Below, in pieces: positions 51,836 through 63,070 of a stretch of 64,000 nucleotides of DNA. How positions within the stretch are numbered: the stretch's first letter is position 1; every line of letters starts with the position of its first letter. The notes below the pieces were generated by a model. That model did no database searches and was not told where the DNA came from. It saw nothing but the letters and a program-made list of their open reading frames with translations. The DNA comes from Hormiphora californensis (lineage: Eukaryota; Animalia; Ctenophora): the NCBI GenBank assembly GCA_020137815.1, contig CM035352.1, positions 6,324,001 through 6,388,000 of the forward strand, read 5' to 3'. The position numbers and the translations under genes were made by a program.

Positions 51836-53239
51836 ATGCCGAAAAAGACCACAAAAAAGGGAAACACTAAAAAAGCGAAAGTTAGCCCATCTTCCTCTAA
51901 GCCCAAACAGACAGCAACTAAGCTGGATGATCACTATGTCATTAAACCCTCCCAAGTGTACACATCCTACCCCTACACAACTTACAAACCTCAGTGTGTC
52001 GGCTCGTTCTGCTCTGATAAAATGGGGGAAATTGTCCATGTTAATGATAGCTCCGTTTTCCCACGACTCAATATCCCTGAGAAACTTCCGCTAGACCTGA
52101 ACTCTGGGAACCGCACCCCTCGTACTCCTTCATCAACAATTCTGTTCCGGCGAATCCTAAAATGGATCGTTCATACTGGTTTTGATGTGTCGAGTGTTAG
52201 CGTTGTAGCACGGCGAGGCATACTAAAACACATTGGATACACCCTGTACAATAGGTACAAAAACCCATGGTCCTTTAAACTTTGTAAACACAAGGGTGTT
52301 GTGTATTTGTACGAACCTTCAACAAAACCACAATCAACAGATAGTGATTCACAGCCCTGGTTATATTGGGGTTGCCGGTATGAGGAACTGGTGACGTCAC
52401 GCAATCATGTGACGTCACGTGAAAAGGAGTTACTACAACAGCTGTCGGGTAGCTCGGTTAAGTTCTCGGGGGATTCTGTTAAGTGGTTACGGGACGGGGT
52501 TAATGAGGAAGAAGAGAAGAATGACAACCAATCCAGAGAGGAGTCTGGGGATAAGGAGGGTATTACAAAACCCACAAATTTATCTGAAAATGATAAGGAG
52601 GATGTTACGAAACTTACTGAAAATGGTAATAAATCAGAAATAAAAGAAGGATTGGATCTACCTGATCATCTGATTGAGAACCTCCGTGAGAACGTCCAGT
52701 CTATGGAACCCAGTTCAAGAGAGCAGGAAGAGAAGCTCTCTAAGATATTCCAGAAGAAAAAATCCTCTTCATCTCCCCAGATCGGATCCTATCGTGGGGC
52801 ATACACCATGGTTACCGGCAAGATCAGTCACATTAACGTCCTCCTGTGTGGTGAGGTGGATGCTGTTTGTCCAGAGACTGGCGAGTTAGTGGAAATTAAA
52901 ACCTGTACAGAACGGAAACTTCCAGATCGGTTGTGTTTTGGGTGGACTCAGTCCTTTCTGGCGGGTGTAGGGCAGCTCCATTTTGGGCTGAGAGATGGGG
53001 ATGGGGTTGTTCACAAGACTAAAACTATGAAGGTTGGGGATGCGGTGAGGGGGGCCAAGTATTGGGATCCAGCTGGTGTGATGGGGCTGATGGGTGGGGT
53101 TATTAGATGGGTGGTGGGCAGTGTTCCAGAGGGGTTCAGTGGGACACTCCTGTATATGGGAGAGGGGGAGATCTTGTTGTCGACCCAGGCAGATGGGGGA
53201 CACTTTTTGCCCGAGTGGTATACCTCATCTCTAACATAA
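51836..53239 (+). CDS. DXO/Rai1-family decapping exoribonuclease-like protein, single coding exon
   Basis: VARRGILK.I, YWG.RYE, LLCGEVDA, VEIKT and W.QSFLAGV..L.FG.RD match DXO/Rai1 motifs; there is a ~130 aa charged insert. The start is placed at the ATG following the AG at 51825. Confidence 0.85.
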   Translation: MPKKTTKKGNTKKAKVSPSSSKPKQTATKLDDHYVIKPSQVYTSYPYTTYKPQCVGSFCSDKMGEIVHVNDSSVFPRLNIPEKLPLDLNSGNRTPRTPSSTILFRRILKWIVHTGFDVSSVSVVARRGILKHIGYTLYNRYKNPWSFKLCKHKGVVYLYEPSTKPQSTDSDSQPWLYWGCRYEELVTSRNHVTSREKELLQQLSGSSVKFSGDSVKWLRDGVNEEEEKNDNQSREESGDKEGITKPTNLSENDKEDVTKLTENGNKSEIKEGLDLPDHLIENLRENVQSMEPSSREQEEKLSKIFQKKKSSSSPQIGSYRGAYTMVTGKISHINVLLCGEVDAVCPETGELVEIKTCTERKLPDRLCFGWTQSFLAGVGQLHFGLRDGDGVVHKTKTMKVGDAVRGAKYWDPAGVMGLMGGVIRWVVGSVPEGFSGTLLYMGEGEILLSTQADGGHFLPEWYTSSLT

Positions 53240-53489
53240 ACTGATATGTTTCAATTTGACAGTGACAGGATGGAGGTTACTGGTTAGCTAGTGAGGTTAC
53301 TGGTTAGCTAGTGAGGTTAGCTAGTGAGGTTAAAGTTTTATGTGATGACTGATGTATTTTAGTATTTATTTTATCCGGGTTTTGTGTTTCATGTGACTTT
53401 TAATGATCAGTATCATTTAAACTTTGCTGTTTTTGTTTTTCTCGACTTTATCCATCGACTGAATGCCCCATAATCCATATCATTCTTTC

Positions 53490-53652
53490 TAACCCTAACC
53501 CTTGTTCGGTGTTTCTAACCCCATCCCTTATTTGGTGTTCCTAACCCCATCCCTTATTTGGTGTTACTAACCCCATCCCTTATTTGGCGCTTCTAACCCC
53601 ATCCCTTATTTGGCGCTTCTAACCCCATCCCTTATTTGGTATTTCTAACCAT
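53490..53652 (+). repeat. 25-bp tandem repeat (ctaaccccatcccttatttggtgtt, ~6 copies) upstream of the phosphatase acceptor
   Basis: Direct inspection; each copy carries a CTAAC branch-point-like motif. Confidence 0.9.
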
Positions 53653-53671
53653 ATCCCCACAGTATGCCATT

Positions 53672-54632
53672 ATGTCGCAAGTGAAGGAAGTCCTGCTAAT
53701 CCGTCATGGTCAGGGAGATCACAACAGACTATTTGCAGAGGGCCGAAACGCCGAGGCATTCGCCCTCCGTGATCCAGCTATAAATGACATTGGAATAGAG
53801 CAGGCAACGACCCTGGGAGAGAAGTTTAGAGACCTGAAAGAGGAGGAGAGAAAGGTGGATTTAATCATCACATCGTGCATGAAGAGGGCCCTGATGACCA
53901 CTGAAAAAGTGTTTGGTCCCGTCCCTCCATGTCCTGTCATCGTGTCAACCCTTCCAATAGGTATGAGAACAATATACTATGGGGCTGTGTGTTTTAGTAA
54001 TTGGTGGGTCGTTTGAGATGTGATAAATCGTGTGATGTGTTAGATTTGTGTGATGTGTTAGATTTGCTTCTTCCCCTCCCCCTCAGAGCATTATGACCCC
54101 TCAGAGAATGGGGACGGCAACTGCAACTACGGGACCCCCTTATCCGAGATATCGGGACAGTTTCCTGGCTATGATTTCTCTCTTGTTACTGAAGAGGAGT
54201 GGTGGACTACCGAGGAATCCCATGAACACGTAGGAAATACATTGCAGTAAAACCCAATGCTTTTGAGGGGTTAAACAATAGTATTGTTGTATATTGAGAG
54301 AGAAGGTTGGGGGGGCTAGCAAAAGGGAGGGAGAGCCGAGAGGTACACCGCACAAATGCATTCTAATACAACATATATTAGCTTGTCTAACTTTCTCCCA
54401 TTTTCAGTTGTTGGAACGATGCCAGGAATTCCGGAATTTCCTCCTGGCACGTCCAGAGAAACGCATTGCTGTTGTGTCCCACGGCCGGTTTCTCACCGTC
54501 TTCACTGGAGAGGACAAGGAACAGTTTAACTCCTTTTGGAACTGTGACGCACGGGAGTTTGTTTTGTCAGAGGATGGAACTATGAAACAGGGAAAGGTGT
54601 TCCTAAGAGTTGAAACTTGGCCTTGGAAATGA
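53672..54632 (+). CDS. Histidine phosphatase / phosphoglycerate mutase-like protein, 3 exons
   Basis: Exons 53672-53960, 54087-54229 and 54408-54632 join in frame. LIRHGQGDHN, G.EQA, ITS.M.RAL.T, RPEKRIAVVSHG.FL, N.D.R. Confidence 0.9.
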
Positions 54633-55012
54633 TTTGAACAGTGGCCGCGGGGATAGAAAAAAGAAATACAGTCAAACCTCGATTTACCGGACCCTCGATT
54701 CAACGGACCCTCGTTTTACCGGAGTTTGACTGTATTTTCATTATTTGTGCATATGTCTTTTGTTGTTGTTCACCCATATATCAATCACGCCTCACACACA
54801 CCTAATTTCTGGTATATGTTATTTGTGTAATGAATGTTTTATTTACTAAAATCTCTTAAATTATCTCTTACTAGATGCCCGTTATCTCTTACTAGATGCC
54901 CGTTTCTTTGTTTAGCAGGTTCAGTAGTAACCAATACTGTTTACCCCTCCCGCCCGCCGCTGATAACTAACAATGCCCCCCCTAACTAACATGCCTTCAT
55001 TTCTACAGGGAC

Positions 55013-57124
55013 ATGATGTCTTCCTCAAAACGAAGAAAAACCGATTCTAGCAACAGCTCAGATTCTGAGTGGAGAGAGGAACCAATCCGGGAACGGCATG
55101 CACGCAGGAAAATGAAATGGATGAATATGACTAAAAAGGAAGAAGAGAAAGAGGAGGTAAACGCATCAGCAGTGGAATCAGGCCGGAGATCACAGAGGAT
55201 TTCAGGGCGAAAAAGAGTGTCTTACTCCCACGAATCGTATGATAAAATGTTTAATGAAAAGGAAAAAAGTTCTGGTGATGAAGAAAGCGACAACAGTTCT
55301 AGTTCCGGAGAGGAGAAAAACAGCAAAAGTTCCGGAGATCAAGACTCGTCATCAGACGAATGGTCGGAATCAGGTTCGGGGAAGGATTCAGACGCCCCAC
55401 CACCAGACTATTTTGAATCTGATCTTGATGCTCTGGGCGTGTCGGACGAAGACAAACAAGCAATGCTTGAAATCAAAGCCAAGAGCCCCCACATGTCCGC
55501 ATACGAGTGTAAAAGGGCGTTAAAACTAAAGCAGCAAAAGGATATGATGGATAAACTTGGGTTACTCGATGATATTAACGCGTTGAAACCTCCTCCAAAA
55601 CCGGCACCGGTGAAAAGGAAACCTAAGCCCAAGGTGGAGATTGTCCCGCGGAAATCCACAAGGATATCAGAGAGAAAGGAGACCATTAATTATTACAAAG
55701 AGGAAATTGAATACTCCAACAACACTCCCTTCCCTAAAACTCCCTCCGAACCACTCGGCCCAAAACATCTCCCGGTAGTGGATATTTGCGGTCCTGACTC
55801 TGCCGCCCTTGCTCCTCTTTATTGTATCATGCAGAAGTCTAACAAACGTGATGAAACTGTAGACAGTGCCAAAAGTGTTGAAACAGAAAGTTTGAAACCT
55901 GAAAGTTCTGTGGATGTGGCCGAGTTCCAACCACTACAACCACAGGACATGACCATTCGAAGGGAAACATCATCCACCCCAACAGTGGATAGGATTCTGA
56001 AACGAATCTGGAACCAGAGCAAAGGGATCCGAGTTCGTGCCTGTAAATCTCGGATAGCATCCCTTGCAGTCCACTCCGATCCCGAGACATTCCTAGTAGC
56101 CAGTGGTTCCCGGGACGGCGAGGTCGGTTTGTTCGCTATAGTTGGGGATCAAACCCAGCCAGTTGCCGTGAGACTTCAAGGGGAGGTTGATGTTGTGGGG
56201 GGACTCAAATTCTCGCGGGATAAACTATACACGTGTAACCATGAGGGAGTGTGCAGGGTCCTTGATCCCGTCACATCTTCATATCAATCTCTCATCGAGC
56301 TGAATCACAGTTTCCGTTCTTTGGATATCCGCTCCAACCGGCCCACTGACGTCATCTACCTCGCGGGTATGCAATCTTATCAGGTTAACAAGGTCGATAC
56401 CAGGACCAAGTCTGTCATTGCAACCTACCCCGAAAAACGAGATAAAACCATGACTAGTCTTTGGGATGTGAACTGTCATCCATTTGACGAAAACTATTTT
56501 GTAACAGCTACAAATAACGCTCTTGTAGTACTGTGGGATGAGAGGAGAACAGACATGCCGGTTCAGATTCAAGATGAAATTCACAGCAAGTCAGTTACCA
56601 GCGCTGTGTTTGATCCGGCCACAGGGGACTCTCTCATCACCGTTAGTTGGGATAACACTATATGTAGGTCGAGATTCAAGGATCGGACGGGGTTTGTAGT
56701 TGAGAATAGGATGGTACATGATAATGATACGTCAAGTCAGGGGTCAGGCACCAGGTTCAGGGCTGAGTGGTACCCTAACTCAGATAAGGTTTTTGTTATC
56801 GGATCCTTGGATAAACCCCGGAAGTGTGAGTTTTTTAACTCCAATATGAGGCTTCTTGAGACGCTCACCCTAACAGATGATCCTGTCTCTGTGCCGTCTC
56901 TGGTGCGGTTCCATCCGAACACAGGAGCCATTGCAGTGGGTAATTCGAAGGGTTATGTAACGGTGTGGCATGGTTCGAATGAACTTGAAGAAAAGAACGA
57001 AGACGTTCCTAACACTCCTAACACTCCTAACATTATGTCTAACATGTCTACCCGTCCTGAAGTAAAGGAGCTACTGAAATGTACTGAGGAGGAGGAAGTA
57101 GAATTAATACACATTCCCGAGTAG
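55013..57124 (+). CDS. WD40 protein of WDR76/CMR1 (DDB2-like) type, 703 aa, single exon
   Basis: Charged N-terminus with SAYE..R, PRKSTRIS; RIASLAVH, VNCHP....YFVTA, HSKSVTSAVF.P..G..L.T.S.DNTI, HDN.T.....RFRAEW, IGS...PR. Confidence 0.8.
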   Translation: MMSSSKRRKTDSSNSSDSEWREEPIRERHARRKMKWMNMTKKEEEKEEVNASAVESGRRSQRISGRKRVSYSHESYDKMFNEKEKSSGDEESDNSSSSGEEKNSKSSGDQDSSSDEWSESGSGKDSDAPPPDYFESDLDALGVSDEDKQAMLEIKAKSPHMSAYECKRALKLKQQKDMMDKLGLLDDINALKPPPKPAPVKRKPKPKVEIVPRKSTRISERKETINYYKEEIEYSNNTPFPKTPSEPLGPKHLPVVDICGPDSAALAPLYCIMQKSNKRDETVDSAKSVETESLKPESSVDVAEFQPLQPQDMTIRRETSSTPTVDRILKRIWNQSKGIRVRACKSRIASLAVHSDPETFLVASGSRDGEVGLFAIVGDQTQPVAVRLQGEVDVVGGLKFSRDKLYTCNHEGVCRVLDPVTSSYQSLIELNHSFRSLDIRSNRPTDVIYLAGMQSYQVNKVDTRTKSVIATYPEKRDKTMTSLWDVNCHPFDENYFVTATNNALVVLWDERRTDMPVQIQDEIHSKSVTSAVFDPATGDSLITVSWDNTICRSRFKDRTGFVVENRMVHDNDTSSQGSGTRFRAEWYPNSDKVFVIGSLDKPRKCEFFNSNMRLLETLTLTDDPVSVPSLVRFHPNTGAIAVGNSKGYVTVWHGSNELEEKNEDVPNTPNTPNIMSNMSTRPEVKELLKCTEEEEVELIHIPE

Positions 57125-57664
57125 AGGTTTTAACCGGGTACGAGAGGTTTTAACTGTTAAAACAAGTTGATTTTCAAAGTTGGTTAAACAACAAAAAGAC
57201 TCGGTGTCATTTTTACAGAATTTTTACAGAATTTGTCAATTGAATATAATTGATGCGAGCCGAGACTAAATGAACCGAATAAATTATTCTTAGACTATGG
57301 ATGAAATCTATCCAATTGATCTTATATTATATTTATCAATAATCAATTAGCAATGATTGTTAAATATTTTAATATATGTTACCCAATTGCGTTTTATTAT
57401 GACCTCTCCCCCTCCCAATACCACTCTCACCCTCTCATTACCCCTCTCACCCTCTTTCAATACCCCTATCCCCCTCTTTCAAAACCCCCTACTAACACAG
57501 AATTACGGGGAGACTGACGCCAGTCTTTGTGCCAAGCTCTGTTACAGTGGCGTCATATTGCCCGCCCGCACAGCGCCGCAACGGTTTATGCGGGGGGCTA
57601 TATGACAGAGCACCACTTTAACAGAGTCCCGTAACCACGTGGCTGCATTTGGTTGATGCCATGG

Positions 57665-58556
57665 GTAGAGTGGTCTTTCTGCCAATCTTTCAGATTCAGA
57701 TATTGCAATGGTACGGAGTGGTCTTTCTGCCAATCTTTCAGATTCAGATATTGCAGTGTGGTAGAGTGGTCTTTCTGCCAATCTTTCAGATTCAGATATT
57801 GCAGTGTGGTAGAGTGGTCCTTCTGCCAATCTTTCAGATTCAGATATTGCAGTGTGGTAGAGTGGTCCTTCTGCCAATCTTTCAGATTCAGATATTGCAG
57901 TGGTACAGAGTGGTCCTTCTACCAATCTTTCAGATTCAGATATTGTAGTGGTACGGAGTGGTCCTTCTGCCAATCTTTCAGATTCAGATATTGCAGTGTG
58001 GTAGAGTGGTCTTTCTGCCAATCTTTCAGATTCAGATATTGTAGTGGTACGGAGTGGTCTTTCTGCCAATCTTTCAGATTCAGATATTGTAGTGGATAGA
58101 GTGGTCTTTCTACCAATCTTTCAGATTCAGATATTGCAGTGGATAGAGTGGTCTTTCTACCAATCTTTCAGATTCAGATATTGCAGTGGATAGAGTGGTC
58201 TTTCTACCAATCTTTCAGATTCAGATATTGTAGTGGTAGAGTGGTCTTTCTGCCAATCTTTCAGATTCAGATAGTGTAGTGGTACAGAGTGGTCTTTCTA
58301 CCAATCTTTCAGATTCAGATAGTGTAGTGGTACAGAGTGGTCTTTCTACCAATCTTTCAGATTCAGATATTGTAGTGGTAGAGTGGTCTTTCTACCAATC
58401 TTTCAGATTCAGATATTGTAGTGGTACGGAGTGGTCTTTCTGCCAATCTTTCAGATTCAGATAGTGTAGTGGTACGGAGTGGTCTTTCTGCCAATCTTTC
58501 AGATTCAGATATTGTAGTGGTACGGAGTGGTCTTTCTGCCAATCTTTCAGATTCAG
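57665..58556. repeat. 46-48 bp minisatellite, ~19 copies
   Basis: Unit gagtggtctttctgccaatctttcagattcagatattgcagtgtggta. Confidence 0.95.
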
Positions 58557-59574
58557 TGGTGTCTTCTAGCACAGAGGAGTCGATAACTACTGGATACTAG
58601 TGGTGTCTTTAGGAGCGACAGCAGCTAATAAGGTACCTTTCTATTATCTAATATGGAATTTGTGGGGGTGTGGGGTTAATTTTGATAGATTTGGGAGGCT
58701 GAGAGGGCTTACACCATTGATAACCTAATTTTGCTCTCGTTAGTAAACGTAACAATCTCACTGTTTTTCTCTGCATGTACAATATCCTTTCAGCTGATAT
58801 ATTTTAAGACGATCATCAAAGGTGTACCGTGTAAGACTACACTGTAGCCTACAGCCGCAGAGAAAAACAAGACAAGGTTATACACATGGTACTTTATGTA
58901 ACGCGCAGCTAAAGTGTACCTCTAAACTATTGAAAGTGCAATTTTCAGTAGTAGTCAGGCGCGCCGCTATCCAAATCAGAACATGCCCCGTTTTGACGGT
59001 CGGATGGGTTTGTGGGGCCAGATGAACAAGACTCAAGAGCCACACTTCATCAAAACAACATCATGACTCCATCTGACCTTGTTGCACAGGTTCGGACGGG
59101 GTCATTTTGTGACCAGGTACACCGTACGAGCACTTTAAAAGTGAAACACGATCATTTCAAAACTGCTAACAAATTCCATTCCGATAGATACACATTCTGT
59201 TCATAAGATATTACATAGCTGGCAATCAACAACCAACTTCAAATACGTAGAGAATCATCGTTTGAGATTAATATAATAATTGTTAGCAATAGTTACTACC
59301 TACTTAGGGAATTTTCTAGGACTAATACTCAAGTCATCGGATGCCTAATTTCCTAACTTACCAATCTCAACTAGATTCTCCAATCTCCACTAAACACATA
59401 GCATAGATACTAGATACTTAGTCAACAAACTCAAATAACATGATACATCTTAGGGAGTCAAAGCTTAAACTTCCAGTTAAATTCTAAAAGAGTAATAATG
59501 AAATAACTCACTCTGATCGTGACACACAACATAAAATTGAAATCTGAAATCTGAATAATCTTCCCCAAATGTCA

Positions 59575-61064
59575 TCATATTCTAGTTAAATCCTCGCTAG
59601 GCCAAGTCTCTCCTTCCCGTTTCATATCATCTATCAAATACTTATACTTATTCTTATACCCCTTCTTACATCTCAAAGCCCTCAAACATTTCTGCAAAAA
59701 TCCCAACTTTCTATATGAATACTCAATACCAATTGCCAACACACAGTTTATTAGCACTAGACCCAAGAGATAAAACCTAAATGAGGTTGATTTAAGATCG
59801 GCTAACTCCAAATTTGGAACGGCTGTGTTTTTAACAAATAAAATCATGAGTAGCAAGCCTATTGATGCCACTGTCGCCACCAACATCGGTGGGTTGGTGT
59901 AAAGAGGCCTCCTATAGGGGTGCCCAATGGAGAACACTAGGGCTAGAGTAACAAACTGAAAGGAACTAACTATAAAGTTCACAGTTGTCTCATAACAAGG
60001 AATGTAATTATTCCCCTCCTCTATCGCTTTCTCTCTCTCAGCCGTGAAGGGGTTATACCACTCTTGCTGCTGCACAAACCACATAGCTAATAGGATGAAC
60101 CCTACACTGAGTGCAGTGTGGAGCACAAAACTGTAGAGCAGATAGGGGTGCATTAGACTCCCTCGGGGTCGCTTTCTAGACAGTCTTGTGGAGGGCCGGG
60201 TGTATCCTAGTGCGAAATCAAATAGCAGCACTATCGCCAGATCCTCTAGTAAGTACTGGTAGTCCCCTAGGATGGAGTCATATTGTACTAGGAGGATAAC
60301 AGATAGGAACTGGATGACGGAGTACATGGCCGTGAATCGGAACACTGCCATGCTGTTCTCCAGGGCTCCCTGGCCTTCCTTAAGGAGCTCTGGAACGCAG
60401 CTAATGTTGAAAATGGAGCTGGTAAAGGGAGCTGCCAAAGATGCCTCACCTGAAACAGGCACGGGGGTTACTTCGTTGATCATAAGACATAAAGTATGAT
60501 TGATCGTGTCGGGTGGAGAAGTGTTATTCATGGAGTTCGGAAATACGTCGCTCGTGGAATCCGCCTTAAGTCGATCAAGTAAGTCAAGCAATCTTATGGG
60601 TGACTATATATCGGGGTTAGAGGGGGACTAGGAGCTCGACTCTTGGTACTAGCACTAAAGTCTAGAACCGGTGCTAAGGAGTTAGTACCGTTACAGCTGG
60701 TAACGCACTGATGTAATGAGATAGTATTGAGGTAGTTGTAGAATGCAGAGGGAGGGAATGCAGAGAGAAGTTGGGAAATGGGATCTTTCAGTTCACGACC
60801 AATAAGCTCAAATCGATTTATTTTGTCTCTTAATTGCAGGGGAATTGAACTCAAATTAATAGAGATAGGGTAACGGGATACAAGAGTCCCAATACATAAT
60901 AAGGATATTGCAGATACAGTAAAAACTCACTTTTAGAGAGGGCTATACCGACGTTAGCGTGCTGTAACGCTTCACAATCGTTTGCACCATCACCACACAT
61001 ACAAACACTGTAGTCTCGTTTCTGTAGTTCATCAACTAGCTGCATCTTTTGCTCGGGAGAAAAC
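59575..61064 (-). CDS. P5B-type cation/polyamine-transporting ATPase (ATP13A2/3-like), last two exons; the 5' part lies beyond the window
   Basis: Exon 61064-60931 reads (R)FSPEQK..LV..LQ...[21 protein letters not shown]. Exon 60449-59575 reads [41 protein letters not shown]. Confidence 0.95.
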
Positions 61065-61305
61065 CTGGGGAGAAGAAGTGGTTAGCGGTGGTGTGAGAAA
61101 AACCTGGGGGAGAGGAATTGGTTAGTGGTGGTTGTGAGAAAAAACATTGGGGAGAAGAATTGGTTAGTGGTGGTTGTGAGAAAAACATTAGGGAGAAGAA
61201 GTGGTTAGTGGTGGTTGTGAGAAAAACCTGGGGGAGAAGAAGTGGTTAGTGGTGGTTGTGAGAACCACCTGGGGGTAGAAGTGGTTAGCGGTGAGAAAAC
61301 CTGGT
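61057..61305 (-). repeat. ~39-42 bp minisatellite built from the ATP13A acceptor junction (~6 copies)
   Basis: Gene-strand unit accaccactaaccacttcttctccccag|gttttctc; the last copy opens the exon G TTT TCT CCC GAG. Confidence 0.9.
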
Positions 61306-61406
61306 GTTGGTGAGGACTGAGAGTAAGGGGGTTAGTGTTAAGTTATGGGACAGTTTATGATGTGAGGTGCAAGTTAAGCCAGCTTCAGTGGGCCTGTCCC
61401 CCGATG

Positions 61407-61497
61407 TGGTTACGAAGTCACCGCTATTATTGGTAATGAAATTACCCCTCTGTTATGGCTCACAGAGTATGCAATAAAAGGGGTGACTTCGTAACCA
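61407..61497. mobile_element. ~90 bp MITE; an identical 30-bp end occurs at 39761-39790
   Basis: tggttacgaagtcacc ... ggtgacttcgtaacca. Confidence 0.7.
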
Positions 61498-62317
61498 ACC
61501 GCTATTATCACATTTAGCTTTGGTGGAGGGGTAATTTCAATCCCCCGATTTACTTACACATTAAACTTCATGGTATTGTACGTGAGGAGCTGTTATATAT
61601 CGCTCATGAGTCATGATATGTTTGCATCGAATGATCTGCCCAACTGTAGTTAATTAGTTAATAATTGACCTTGCGTCGTTATTATATTACACTATAGTAC
61701 ACATTGCTTTAGTACAATTTAGATATATATCCTGTTAGTACCATGTCAACTGCAGTAGGTAGTACTATGTTATCTTAGTACCTCCTTGCAAGCTTGAAAT
61801 AAATGAGCTTGCAAGCTTGAAATAAATAAGAATAGGGTCAGGCCAATACTCTGATAGTAAGAGTGATCAGCACGTACTGTGGTCAGAGCATTGGCCTGAC
61901 TTAACATAACTCTGTATAAACAGCTTGTTTAATGTTTATCTTTAAAAAGACTCAGATAGACCAGCTAATTTTAGTCGGTATTATTGTTGGTTGGTACTAT
62001 GTCTTACTGTTCATGCTCTGCGACAGAACGATTTTATATTTCATAATCTATAGATCAAAACGAGTTCGTCTCCACTAGTACTGGAGAAGAACTATACTGG
62101 ACCAGTACACCATCTTCCTTGTCATTACGTAATATTACTTTCTATTCTTCTCAGCACCATTTCGTTGGACTAGTACCAATGGTACTGTACCATCGTGGCA
62201 TAACCATAGTGGTCTGACGGAGTTGAAATCTTACGGCAGGAGGGAGAAAGGTAAACTTCCTCATTCACACGTAGGTGAATGAGCAAGTTTACTTTTCTCC
62301 CTCCGGCCGTTTTACAT

Positions 62318-62964
62318 ACAGGGTGTTCATATGGGATCTTTACAAGCGTTGGGCTTCACCCAGAAAAAAGTTGACAAAATTATCTTATGAAACTTCATAC
62401 TTGGACTAATCTATACCCTCATTCAAGGTTCCTGGTGTTTCCGGAGCTCTACTACCCCTGGAAGTGTATTTTTGGCATCAAAACCACAAGAAGGAATTTT
62501 TTGCTGATGCTGAGACTTTGCTAAAATGTTTTTTGGGTATTTTCTATGTCAATTCCAAAGTTTCGTGATGATTGGATATGTTTTATGAACTCAAAATTTC
62601 GAAACAAGTGCATGGAAAGACTCTAAAATATCAATTTTTGCCGTTTTTGAGCTGTTTTTAGGCCTTTCCAGCCAGTTTATTTTGAACTTGGTGACTGAAC
62701 CACACATCCAATCATCATGAAACTTTGGAATTGACATAGAAAATACCCAAAAAACATTCTAGCAAAGTCTCAGCATCAGCAAAAAATTCCTTCTGGTGGT
62801 TTTGATGCCAAAAACACACTTCCAGGGGTAGTAGAGCTCCGGAAACACCAGGAACCTTGAATGAGGGTATAGATTAGTCCAAGTATGAAGTTTCATAAGA
62901 TAATTTTGTCAACTTTTTTCTGGGTGAAGCCCAACGCTTGTAAAGATCCCATATGAACACCCTG
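62318..62964. mobile_element. Tc1/mariner-type foldback MITE, TA TSD, ~265 bp arms; a 40-bp fragment occurs at 22605-22645
   Basis: ta|cagggtgttcatatgggatc ... gatcccatatgaacaccctg|ta. Confidence 0.93.
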
Positions 62965-63070
62965 TATCAGTCAACTCTGCAGTATGATCTGTTGTTCCTC
63001 TAGCTCTGACTATAGTTCTAAAAGATATTCTCCAATTTAGCACTCTAATTGAGTAACAGAACAACCCAGC

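Noticed and set aside
53488-53502. ctaaccctaaccct telomere-like seed
   Set aside because: Only two units; better explained as part of the 25-bp branch-point repeat.
57542-58572. Repetitive ORFs and CRISPR-like periodicity in the 48-bp array
   Set aside because: The units are contiguous with no unique spacers, there are no cas genes and the context is eukaryotic. Unit length varies (46-48 bp), which breaks frames.
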